A program made the position numbers and the translations under genes. Of a stretch of DNA of 64,000 nucleotides, positions 47,988 through 56,540 are shown piece after piece. The stretch comes from Candidatus Terraquivivens tikiterensis. Lineage in GTDB: Archaea; Thermoproteota; Nitrososphaeria_A; Caldarchaeales; Wolframiiraptoraceae. The DNA lies in the NCBI GenBank assembly GCA_003056285.1, contig NDWU01000005.1, positions 4,873 through 68,872 on the forward strand, in the 5' to 3' direction. The notes below the pieces were generated by a model. The model was not told the DNA's origin. It searched no databases and was given only the letters and a program-made list of their open reading frames with translations. How positions within the stretch are numbered: position 1 is the stretch's first letter; each line of letters begins with the position of its first letter.

Positions 47988-49469
47988 ATGAAAACACAGG
48001 GAGAAATGGTGCTGGGGTGCCTTGCGGGTAAAGGGAAAATGGGCACGTACCGTGTCGAGGACGTCATGAACTTTTTAGAGAAAGAGGGCATAAGGTTCGT
48101 TGACCTTCAATTCACGGACGTTCCGGGAAAGCTCCAGCACGTAACGATCACAGCTGAGTACCTAGACGAGGGTTCATTCGAGCTTGGCGTCCCTAAGCTC
48201 GACGGCTCCTCGATAAGGGGCTTCGCTGACATACAGGAGTCCGACATGGTGCTCAAGCCAGACCCCTCCACCTTCGCCATAATCCCTTGGTCGGCGGAAC
48301 AGACGAAGTCAGCTAGGATGCTCTGCGACGTTTACTGGGGCCTCGGGAAGGGAAGGTTCGAGAGGGATCCGAGGGGCGTCGCCCAGAAGGCCGAGGAGGA
48401 GCTCAAGAAGGCAGGCTTTGACGCATCCTTTTGGGGACCGGAGATAGAGTTCTTCGTCTTCGACAGGGTCTGCTGGGACGTCCAGACGCCGTCTAGGGGC
48501 CAAAGCTACAGCATAGAATCGAGGGAGGCTCCGTGGTCTGTTGGCACGGGCTATCCCATAAGGTTCAAGGAGGGCTACTACCCGGCTCCGCCCCAGGATA
48601 CGTTGATGGACTTCAGGAGCGAGTGCGTAAGGATACTCACAGACTACTTTGGCGTAGAGGTAGAGGCACACCATCACGAGGTGGCGACAGCAGGCCAGTG
48701 TGAGATAGACATGAAGTACGACACGCTCACGAGGATGGCAGACAAGTCGGTTACGCTCAAGTATGTCGTCAGGAACGTCGCGCACCAGATGGGGCTCGTG
48801 GCCACGATGATGCCAAAGCCCGTTTTCATGGATAATGCTTCTGGGATGCACGTCCACTGTAGCCTATGGAAGGATGGCCAGAATGCGTTCTACGACCCAG
48901 ACGACGCTTATGCGGAGCTGAGCCAGGTTGGCAGGTACTTTTGCGGCGGCCTGCTGGAGCACAGCAGGGCCCTGGCAGCGATAGTCGCGCCTACCACCAA
49001 CTCGTACAGGAGGCTCGTCCCTGGCTATGAGGCGCCAGTCTTCATCGCATGGAGTAGGGGCAACAGGTCGGCGAACATCAGAATACCCGTATACCACGTG
49101 GGTAGGTCGAACGCCTCGAAGAAAAGGATAGAGTTCAGGACACCAGACCCGTCCTGCAACCCTTACTTGTGCTTCGCAGCCATACTGATGGCAGGGTTGG
49201 ACGGTGTAAAAAGGAAAATAGACTGCGGGGACCCGGTGGACGAGGACATATACAGGATGCCGCCCGAAAAGAGGAGCCTGCTGGGGATAAAGCAGTTGCC
49301 AAGTAGCCTGATAGAGGCCGTAGAGTGTCTAGAGAGCGACAGGGAATTCTTAAAACCCGTCTTCGACGACACCCTCATAGACGTTATAGTAGAGATGGCA
49401 AGGAGGCAGCACTTAGAGGTTTCCCTGAGGCCGCACCCATACGAGTTTTACCTTTACTTCGACGTCTAA
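47988..49469 (+). CDS. glnA: Glutamine synthetase type I
   Basis: Beta-grasp N-domain ([14 protein letters not shown]), [11 protein letters not shown] and [14 protein letters not shown]. An alternative start (MGTYRVED) lies 17 codons downstream. Confidence 0.9.
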   Translation: MKTQGEMVLGCLAGKGKMGTYRVEDVMNFLEKEGIRFVDLQFTDVPGKLQHVTITAEYLDEGSFELGVPKLDGSSIRGFADIQESDMVLKPDPSTFAIIPWSAEQTKSARMLCDVYWGLGKGRFERDPRGVAQKAEEELKKAGFDASFWGPEIEFFVFDRVCWDVQTPSRGQSYSIESREAPWSVGTGYPIRFKEGYYPAPPQDTLMDFRSECVRILTDYFGVEVEAHHHEVATAGQCEIDMKYDTLTRMADKSVTLKYVVRNVAHQMGLVATMMPKPVFMDNASGMHVHCSLWKDGQNAFYDPDDAYAELSQVGRYFCGGLLEHSRALAAIVAPTTNSYRRLVPGYEAPVFIAWSRGNRSANIRIPVYHVGRSNASKKRIEFRTPDPSCNPYLCFAAILMAGLDGVKRKIDCGDPVDEDIYRMPPEKRSLLGIKQLPSSLIEAVECLESDREFLKPVFDDTLIDVIVEMARRQHLEVSLRPHPYEFYLYFDV

Positions 49470-49473
49470 CGAC

Positions 49474-49905
49474 TCAACCAACCCATTGAATGGTTTCCTC
49501 GCAACTCTCGCTGTAAGGTCTTATGTGCTCGTAGTTTCTTCTGAACGTTAGCCTCCGGTCTAATCTACGCAGAACGTACCTGCAAACAGGCTCCGAGACC
49601 ATTCTGCAAGATACCCTCGTGTCAACTTTGAGATATAGGGATAGTTTAAGGATTGGGCAAGGGTTCTTACAGCGCGTAGTAAGTACGTTTCCGTCAAGCC
49701 TTACGACCTCAACCTCCTTCTCATCCAACCTGAGGAAATCCAAGTAAAAGAGCCTGTGGACGTCCTCCATCGTTCTTACCGTGCGTGGCCTAAGAGCCCA
49801 CAGGAAGCCATAGATGTAAAAGAGGATTTTTGCGAGGGTTAGAGGGACTGCCCTTAGTCCCAGAACCTTCTCCACGATACGGCCCCCTAACGTTTTTGCA
49901 AACAT
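49474..49905 (-). CDS. Hypothetical Cys-containing protein (possibly ATC-hydrolase-like family)
   Basis: 143 aa with an N-terminal hydrophobic helix and several conserved-looking Cys residues (CKNPC, C..VSEPVC, SC). The family assignment is from weak recollection only. Confidence 0.3.
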   Translation of the reverse strand: MFAKTLGGRIVEKVLGLRAVPLTLAKILFYIYGFLWALRPRTVRTMEDVHRLFYLDFLRLDEKEVEVVRLDGNVLTTRCKNPCPILKLSLYLKVDTRVSCRMVSEPVCRYVLRRLDRRLTFRRNYEHIRPYSESCEETIQWVG

Positions 49906-49944
49906 ACCGTTAAAGTTTTTAAACTTTCACCACGACGACTTTCC

Positions 49945-51309
49945 ATGGATAAAGGTATAAAGGTTCTGAACATCTTCCTCGGCAGCAAAGCCCGGAGGGG
50001 CTGGCCGTCGCCATTCTACGATTATGAAGCAAGGGTAAAGGAATGGGTTAGCAGGCTGGATGGTCTGAGGTCCCTAATAAGAGTAGAGTTCGTAAACCGA
50101 ACCGCCTCAACCATGGACGAAGTGAACGCTTTGGAGAAAGAAATCGACAGCGAAGTTGACGCTATCTTTGTGTATATATTGACGTCCGAGAGCACGCGCT
50201 TCACTTACTGGGCCTCAAGGAGGATAGCAGACCTCGGATACGACTACATACACAGGTACGGTGGTTATGGTATACCAACAGTTTACGTGATAGATCTTTA
50301 CGGTGGCGACATCTCAGGCCTGCCACTCGTAGAGGAGTTGGAGAGGATGGGTAGGAGGTTCTTGATGGTCTCCTCAAGCAGCATGAACGAGATAGCGAGG
50401 GCTCTTAAGGCCGTTTACGCTCTAAAGATGCTAAGCTCGTCGAAAGTCCTCCTCATAACTAGGAGGGAGGCTAATCCGGCGAAGTACCTTAGCCCGCAGT
50501 ACGTAAGCCTAGTTAAGCAAAAACTTGGCGTAAGCTTGGAGTACGTCGATTATTCCGAGGTCAAGGCACTTTACGATGGGGTCGATGCGAAAGCCGCTGA
50601 GAGGCTTGCCGAAAAGATAATTGAGGGTGCCGTAGAGGTAAGGGAGCCACCGAAGAGCGAGGTTGTAAAGGCTGCAGCGATCTACATAGCCCTGAAGAAG
50701 CTCTTAGAGAGGCATGGTGCGAATGCGCTCGCGATAGATTGTCTCGGTTGGCTTGAGTACGGTAAGGTAGAGATGCCTACGACACCCTGCTTGGCCCTGT
50801 CCTTGCTGAACGATGAAGGGTACGTAGCGGCCTGCGAGGCGGACGTTCACTCAGCCTTAACGATGCTCGTTTTCAGGTATCTCGCTGATAGAGCCTCTTT
50901 CATATCGGACCCAGTGGTTGATACTGCGGAGAACGTTGTAATCCACTGCCATTGCACAGCGCCCATAAAGATGGATGGACAGGTAGCACCGTACATCATT
51001 AGGAACCATGCAGACAGCGGTCATGGTGTTGGTCTTCAGGTATTCGTGCGTGAGGGTGCCGAGGTCACGGTAGCCAAATTCGTCGAGGGGTTAGACGAGA
51101 TGCTCGTTTCCGTAGGAAAGGTCCTAGGGAACGTTGACTCAGACCGCGGTTGCAGGACAAAGATAAAGGTATCCGTGCCCGACGCCCGGAAGTATCTCTA
51201 CGGATACAAGGGAGGGCTCCACAGGGTCTTGGCTTACGGAAACCACATTACGGCCTTAGAGGACCTGTCGAGGCTCATGGGCTTCAGGTTAAGGTTGGAG
51301 GGCCTATAG
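49945..51309 (+). CDS. L-fucose/L-arabinose isomerase-like protein
   Basis: 454 aa. The segment ALAIDCLGW...TTPCLALSLLNDEGYVAACEADVHSALTML resembles the catalytic core of COG2407-type sugar isomerases. Confidence 0.45.
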   Translation: MDKGIKVLNIFLGSKARRGWPSPFYDYEARVKEWVSRLDGLRSLIRVEFVNRTASTMDEVNALEKEIDSEVDAIFVYILTSESTRFTYWASRRIADLGYDYIHRYGGYGIPTVYVIDLYGGDISGLPLVEELERMGRRFLMVSSSSMNEIARALKAVYALKMLSSSKVLLITRREANPAKYLSPQYVSLVKQKLGVSLEYVDYSEVKALYDGVDAKAAERLAEKIIEGAVEVREPPKSEVVKAAAIYIALKKLLERHGANALAIDCLGWLEYGKVEMPTTPCLALSLLNDEGYVAACEADVHSALTMLVFRYLADRASFISDPVVDTAENVVIHCHCTAPIKMDGQVAPYIIRNHADSGHGVGLQVFVREGAEVTVAKFVEGLDEMLVSVGKVLGNVDSDRGCRTKIKVSVPDARKYLYGYKGGLHRVLAYGNHITALEDLSRLMGFRLRLEGL

Positions 51310-51355
51310 CTCTAAAAGTTGCTGCGTTACCTATTGGGCGTGTTGGTGTAGCTTA

Positions 51356-52675
51356 ATGAAGGTAGTCAGGCTGGGTGAGCTTACTGCGGAGGAGAGGAGG
51401 CGACTGATCGAAAGGCATGAGCACGACTTTTCGGCGATCGAGCACGAGGTCGCAGGCATACTCGAGAGGGTTAGACAAAGGGGAGATGAAGAGATAGTAG
51501 ATTTCTACAGCAGATTCCTTGGACATGGTGCGCTGACGAAAGAGAGGATCAAAGTATACAGTGAGGAGATAAAGAGCGCGTACGAGAAAGTTCCTGAGAG
51601 GCTGGTCGATGCTCTCAAGGTATCTGCGGAGAACATCGAAAAGTTCCACAGGAGTCAACTTCCCCCTCAGCTCTCGATGTACGAGGTAGGGAGGGGTTTG
51701 TACGTCGGACAGGTGGCTAAACCATTAGACTCTGTTGGGATATACGTTCCTGGCGGAAGGGCCTCGTACCCATCCACGGCGCTTATGGCGGCCATCCCAG
51801 CAAAGGTCGCGAACGTTCCAAGGGTAGTAGCGTGTACGCCTCCCAGGGAGGATGGCTCGGTCGACCCTACGATATTGGTGGCCCTCGACATCGTCGGTGT
51901 AAACGAGGTATACAGGGTCGGCGGCGCGCACGCTGCCGCAGCTCTTGCATTCGGGACTGAAACGATCCCTAGGGTCTTAAAGATAGTTGGGCCAGGCGGC
52001 CAGTGGTTCACGGCCGCAAAGCGTCTCCTGATGGGCTCCGTCTCGATAGATATGGTGGCCGGCCCCTCCGAGATACTGATAATAGCCGACGATTCGGCGG
52101 ACCCTGAGTTCTTGGCTTGGGACCTTGCGGCCCAAGCGGAGCACGACCCTGCGGCATCCTCGCTCCTCCTGACGAATTCGAAGAGGCTGGCCGAAGAGGT
52201 TTCGCGGAGGCTGGAAGCGATCGTGGAGTCGTCGCAAAGGGGAGGGGTCATCAGGGAATCGCTTAGCAGGAACGGTATGATAATACTAGTCGACGACCTG
52301 GACGAGGCCTTCAGCTTTGCGAACGAGTATGCCGCAGAGCACGTGGAGGTGCTCGCCGATATCCATATGACGGAGGTGCTGTCGAAGCTCAGGAACGCCG
52401 GATCCATCTCTATCGGTCCATATGCGCCAGTAGCCCTCGAAGACTACGTATCTGGGCCGAACCACATCCTTCCGACCTCGGGCTGGGCTAGAACGCGAGG
52501 AGGTTTATCCGTTTACGACTATCTGAAGATAATCTCTGTGCAGCTCGGAGAGCTGTGTGGTTTGGAGGGGCTAGGAAGGTTTGCGGCCGAGATAGCCGAG
52601 GCGGAGGGGCTGCATGCCCATGCGATGTCGATAATCGCGAGGATAAAGAGGAAGTTTCAACAGGATGGTTTTTGA
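51356..52675 (+). CDS. hisD: Histidinol dehydrogenase
   Basis: 439 aa with SIDMVAGPSEILIIAD, AQAEHDP and EHVEV motifs. Confidence 0.9.
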   Translation: MKVVRLGELTAEERRRLIERHEHDFSAIEHEVAGILERVRQRGDEEIVDFYSRFLGHGALTKERIKVYSEEIKSAYEKVPERLVDALKVSAENIEKFHRSQLPPQLSMYEVGRGLYVGQVAKPLDSVGIYVPGGRASYPSTALMAAIPAKVANVPRVVACTPPREDGSVDPTILVALDIVGVNEVYRVGGAHAAAALAFGTETIPRVLKIVGPGGQWFTAAKRLLMGSVSIDMVAGPSEILIIADDSADPEFLAWDLAAQAEHDPAASSLLLTNSKRLAEEVSRRLEAIVESSQRGGVIRESLSRNGMIILVDDLDEAFSFANEYAAEHVEVLADIHMTEVLSKLRNAGSISIGPYAPVALEDYVSGPNHILPTSGWARTRGGLSVYDYLKIISVQLGELCGLEGLGRFAAEIAEAEGLHAHAMSIIARIKRKFQQDGF

Positions 52676-52791
52676 CACCATAATGGCTGAAGCTTGGGAT
52701 TCCGGCCGGTCATCAACCTAGGGTATAAGACCCCCTTTGGGCGATACCTTCCCCCATATCATTTTTAGAGAGGTAGCTCAATTTTAAATCC

Positions 52792-53304
52792 ATGCTGAAT
52801 AACGTTAAAAACATGCGCATATCCCAGCAGATATTCCCGAGACCTGTCGTGTTGGTAGCGACGGTTGACGGTGACGGAAAGGATAACGTCATGCCTGCAA
52901 GCTTCGTGATGCCGGTCAGCTTCAGCCCAAAGTATGTGGCAGTCTCTATAGCTCCAGAAAGGCAAACGTTCTCGAACCTCAGGAAGGTTGGCGAGTTCAC
53001 GGTGAACGTAGCTACCTTAGAGATGCTCGAGCAGGTGAAGGTTTGTGGCAGCTGCTCTGGCAGAGACCTAGATAAGTTCAGTATGGCAAGGCTGACAAAG
53101 GTTCCGTCCAAAAAGGTTAGGCCCCCGGGCATCGCCGAGTCGCCGATAACGCTCGAATGCTTGGTAGAGTACATGGGAAGGTTCGGCGACCACTACCTCG
53201 TCGTGGGAAGGGTGGTGGAGGAGTACGTGAGGAGGATGGAGTTCAGCCCTTTGCTACACTATGCCGGAGACCGCTACATGGAGGCGCGCCCTTTTGAACC
53301 CTGA
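52792..53304 (+). CDS. Flavin reductase-like FMN-binding protein
   Basis: PRPVVLVATVD..DNVMPASF..VSFSPKYVAVSI pattern of the flavin reductase-like domain. 170 aa. Confidence 0.8.
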   Translation: MLNNVKNMRISQQIFPRPVVLVATVDGDGKDNVMPASFVMPVSFSPKYVAVSIAPERQTFSNLRKVGEFTVNVATLEMLEQVKVCGSCSGRDLDKFSMARLTKVPSKKVRPPGIAESPITLECLVEYMGRFGDHYLVVGRVVEEYVRRMEFSPLLHYAGDRYMEARPFEP

Positions 53305-53320
53305 AGGCTTACAAAACTAG

Positions 53321-53360
53321 GCGAGAAAGCCACACCTTCGGTGGTGGGATGAATCGTCAA
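53321..53360 (+). repeat. Short TnpB-tail-like remnant
   Basis: GGCGAGAAAGCCACACCTTCGGTGGTGGGATGAATCG. The GGCG(A/G)GAAAGC start is also found at the left end of repeat copy A and at 59383. Confidence 0.3.
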
Positions 53361-53601
53361 AAATTAAATATTTTATGCTGCTTCAGTAGTTTGATGTAGT
53401 ATGTCCATGCCAGTCAGAATGCTATTGAAGAGCTGAAGAGGCTTAAGGTGTATCCTAGGGAAACGTATGATGACGTCATTCGGAGGCTGATCAGGGCTTG
53501 GAAAGAACGAACGCCTTCGTAGTCGAGAATAATCCAACTGGTGGTACTGGACTGATAGAATATGTAAAGAGCAGAGGAGGCTCTCGAAAGTGAGCTACTC
53601 C

Positions 53602-54850
53602 CTACTGAAGTAGGGAGCTTCCAGCGTTTAGAGTAGGCTTTGCGCCTACCTCCTCATCTGCTGGTTCGCGGGGCTCACGGCTCCGCCATCCCATGCCTCT
53701 CATTAAGGCATAGGTTATGTTCACACATGCGTTTAAGTCTCGGTTATAGATTAGCCCACATCTTGGATACATAAACTCTCTTTCTTTAACTTGGGCAACA
53801 TGCCCGCATCTATGGCAGGTTTTCGATGTGTTCTTTACCTCCTTCTTTGGGAGGAATCTCACTTCTATCCCCTCTAGGTTTGCCTTGTATTCTATAATTA
53901 CCTGAAGTTTTCTGAATGGAAGGTTGTGGAACCTCCTGTTAAGCTTTCTGGATTTTCTGAAGTCCTCTCTTATTCCTTTCAAGTCTTCCATGACTATTAC
54001 TGGTTTTGGGAACTGTTTGGCGTATTCGATTATTTGGTTTGCTATTATGTGGAGTTGCTGGTTTACCTTGCGCCTTTCTTTACCGCTAAGCTCTTTAACC
54101 TTTTTCAGAAGCTTCTTTTCTTGGAGCTTTCTCCTGATATGGCTGTATAAGCCTCTAATCCTTTTAATCTCAGAGCCCCTCCAGAACTGTCCCTTCAATG
54201 GTTTTTCTGGATGTTTCTTCGAAACAGCAACTGCAACGGCTAGGTTAACCTCCCCCTGTCGATGGCTACTATGGTTTCGGATTCATCGATAAGTTCAACA
54301 GTCCTTTTAAGAACGAAGTGGGCATACCACTCCCCGTTCCGCTTGACCATCTCAACCGTAGTGAACTTCCATTCTCCTCTGAAGGCTTCCTCAATCCTCT
54401 GCTTCTGCTTTTCCCCAAAGACTATTGGCAGGCTAACCCTTTCCCTTCTGTTTAAGCTCAACGTTAGCCAGTACGGCGTTAGGACGTTTGTCGTCTTTGA
54501 GAAGCTGTAGCACCTTTTGTCAAAGCGTATGGATGTGTGTCTAAGCCTTAAGATGCTGTCATCGTTTTTGCATTTATCAAAGCTCTTTAAAACTTCAACT
54601 GCTTTGTCCCTTGCTGTTTGAATTAGCGCAGTGTTTAGGTTGAAGAGCCTCTTAGCTTCTTCATAGCCGTTTTCATGCAGAAAACCTTAGACTTAGAGTT
54701 AAAGCCAAGATACCACTTGATGAGCTTAAAGTATTCGCCGAGTGCCCTGTTTAACGCTAGAACCTTCAGCCTATTAGCCCTGAAAACTTTTCCTACAACC
54801 GTCACCTGAACATCCTTCTGCAAGGGAACATCCCAGCTAAATTTATTCAA
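53602..54850 (-). pseudogene. tnpB: IS200/IS605-family TnpB (OrfB), broken into three ORF pieces
   Basis: Pieces 54635-54850, 54240-54461 and 53602-54198. RuvC and zinc-finger C-terminal part (IVMEDLKGI, CHRCGH..YPRCG, NRDLNACVNI). Right-end hairpin at 53598-53617 and terminus GTAGCTCAC (reverse complement) at 53590-53598. Confidence 0.8.
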
Positions 54851-54929
54851 ACCATATTTTTAAAATTTTTAAACTTTTGACCATTCATCCCAGAGCTAAA
54901 GCTCTAGGTTTTCTGGGCACCCAGCTATA

Positions 54930-55400
54930 TAAAAACGATAGTTGAATATGCATCCAGATCAGGCATATCCAAAATTTTCCTAGGAGATCTCAGTGGGTAA
55001 GGGAAGACAAAACACAGTAGTAAAATAAACGCCATGATAAACAACTTCTGGTCTTTGATTACACTGTGAAAAGTTTCAGGGAAAGTATAGGAGTACGGTA
55101 TAGAAACCGTAGAGGTCGGCGAGCATACTACATCAAAAATATGCCCTAGGTGCAAGTCGGATCATACGTGCAAGCACAAGAGGCTCTTCAAGTGCCTAAA
55201 CTGCGGTCTCGAAGCACACAGGGATGCTGTTGGGGTAATTAATATGGCACCCTATATGGAGGTATGCCCATCAGGGGTGGTGGCACACCGCTTGCTTCTA
55301 AGGCGGAATGGTATGGGGTGGGAGGGTAGAAGCCCTATGAACAACAAACATATGAGAACCTTAGAAGCAAGAATCCCCTACTTAAGTAAGGGTGTGTCAA
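54930..55400 (+). pseudogene. tnpB: 3' half of a second TnpB gene (different subfamily), with internal stops
   Basis: Own translation: ..EYGIETVEVGEHTTSKICPRCKSDHTCKHKRLFKCLNCGLEAHRDAVGVINMAP...LEARIPYLSKGV. The upstream part is interrupted by stops. The tail overlaps the 3' end of the convergent gene at 55397. Confidence 0.6.
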
Positions 55401-56509
55401 AGCAAGCTTACCCCGAGCATCGCCTTCGCAAACGTTCCGATCGTGTAGGTCAAGCAGACTGCACCCAATGCTATGCCGACCATCTCTCCAGCCTTTCTCA
55501 ATGGACTAATACCTGTTATCACACCAACAGTAACACCAGTTACGGCTAAGGCTAGGGCAGAGCTTACTATGGCAGACAAGACGCCTGGCAGGCCGGATAG
55601 GCCGAGGACGAATGGTGCTATCGGAAAGAGGGCTGCCAAAAAGTAATATAGCCCAGCGTCCAGCGCCGCCCTTCTAGGGCTCGGCACCTCGCTTTCTAAG
55701 GTACCAACCTCCTCACGCTTGAGGATTCCGACGCAGGCTCTCTTGGATCCCATGAGCCTCGGGACAATCCCCTCCACATCCTCATCGCCCAACCCCTCCC
55801 CACGGAAGTAATCGGCTAGCTTCTTGGATGCGCTCTCAGGGCTCACCTCCACCTCAATCTCCACCTTCGCCGCCTTTGCCGAAGCAACCTCACGCTGGCT
55901 CTTTGCAGAGAGATAAGCACCGGCGGCCATAGAGAAAGTTCCGGCGGAGCCTGCTATTATTCCCGCCAAAGCCACGAGTACAGGCTCTTGGATTATGCTG
56001 GCCAGCCCAACGACGACGGCGAGGACCTCGACCAACGCATCGACCATGCCGTACAGAGCATCCCTTACGCGCTCGAAGAGTGGTCTAACCTTCAGGACTT
56101 CGGAGAGCAAGTACTCTTCGTGCGATATCTCCTCATAGATCATTCTCCGTAGCCGCTCCCGGACGCTCTCGGCCAACTCTCCGCTTCTGTACAGCTCGGC
56201 GTACTTCTTTATCGTGGCCAGCTCGCCCATCTCGAAAAGCCTTACGGTCAGCGTATACCCGAGCATCCTCGTGAAAAGGAGCATGAAGAAAAGCTTCAGC
56301 TTGGATGCCAGACCTATGCTTGGGGTTAGGCCTGAGATCTCCAAAAAATCGTGCCAGAAGTCTGCGTGAGACCTCTCTATCTCGGACAGCTCCTCGAACG
56401 CCCGTTTTTTAACCTCATCCTTGGCGCGTGCCGCCATGGTTTTGTAGAGGCGTGAGTCGGTGTATTCATCCCTATACGCCCCGACTATGAATTCTAGACC
56501 TCTTCCCAT
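55397..56509 (-). CDS. Ferritin-like (erythrin) domain fused to a VIT1/CCC1 iron-manganese transporter (MbfA-like)
   Basis: N-terminal four-helix-bundle motifs (EIERSHADFW, EEISHEEY) and a C-terminal five-TM VIT1-like domain. 370 aa. Confidence 0.75.
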   Translation of the reverse strand: MGRGLEFIVGAYRDEYTDSRLYKTMAARAKDEVKKRAFEELSEIERSHADFWHDFLEISGLTPSIGLASKLKLFFMLLFTRMLGYTLTVRLFEMGELATIKKYAELYRSGELAESVRERLRRMIYEEISHEEYLLSEVLKVRPLFERVRDALYGMVDALVEVLAVVVGLASIIQEPVLVALAGIIAGSAGTFSMAAGAYLSAKSQREVASAKAAKVEIEVEVSPESASKKLADYFRGEGLGDEDVEGIVPRLMGSKRACVGILKREEVGTLESEVPSPRRAALDAGLYYFLAALFPIAPFVLGLSGLPGVLSAIVSSALALAVTGVTVGVITGISPLRKAGEMVGIALGAVCLTYTIGTFAKAMLGVSLL

Positions 56510-56540
56510 GCATCGTAGACTTCGCAGTAACGCATTTAAG

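Noticed and set aside
48309-48857. 182-aa minus-strand ORF
   Set aside because: It is antisense to glnA. It is Arg/Leu/Pro-rich with no recognisable domain.
51667-52407. 246-aa minus-strand ORF
   Set aside because: It is antisense to hisD, which has unambiguous motifs. The sequence is a Ser/Ala-rich shadow ORF.
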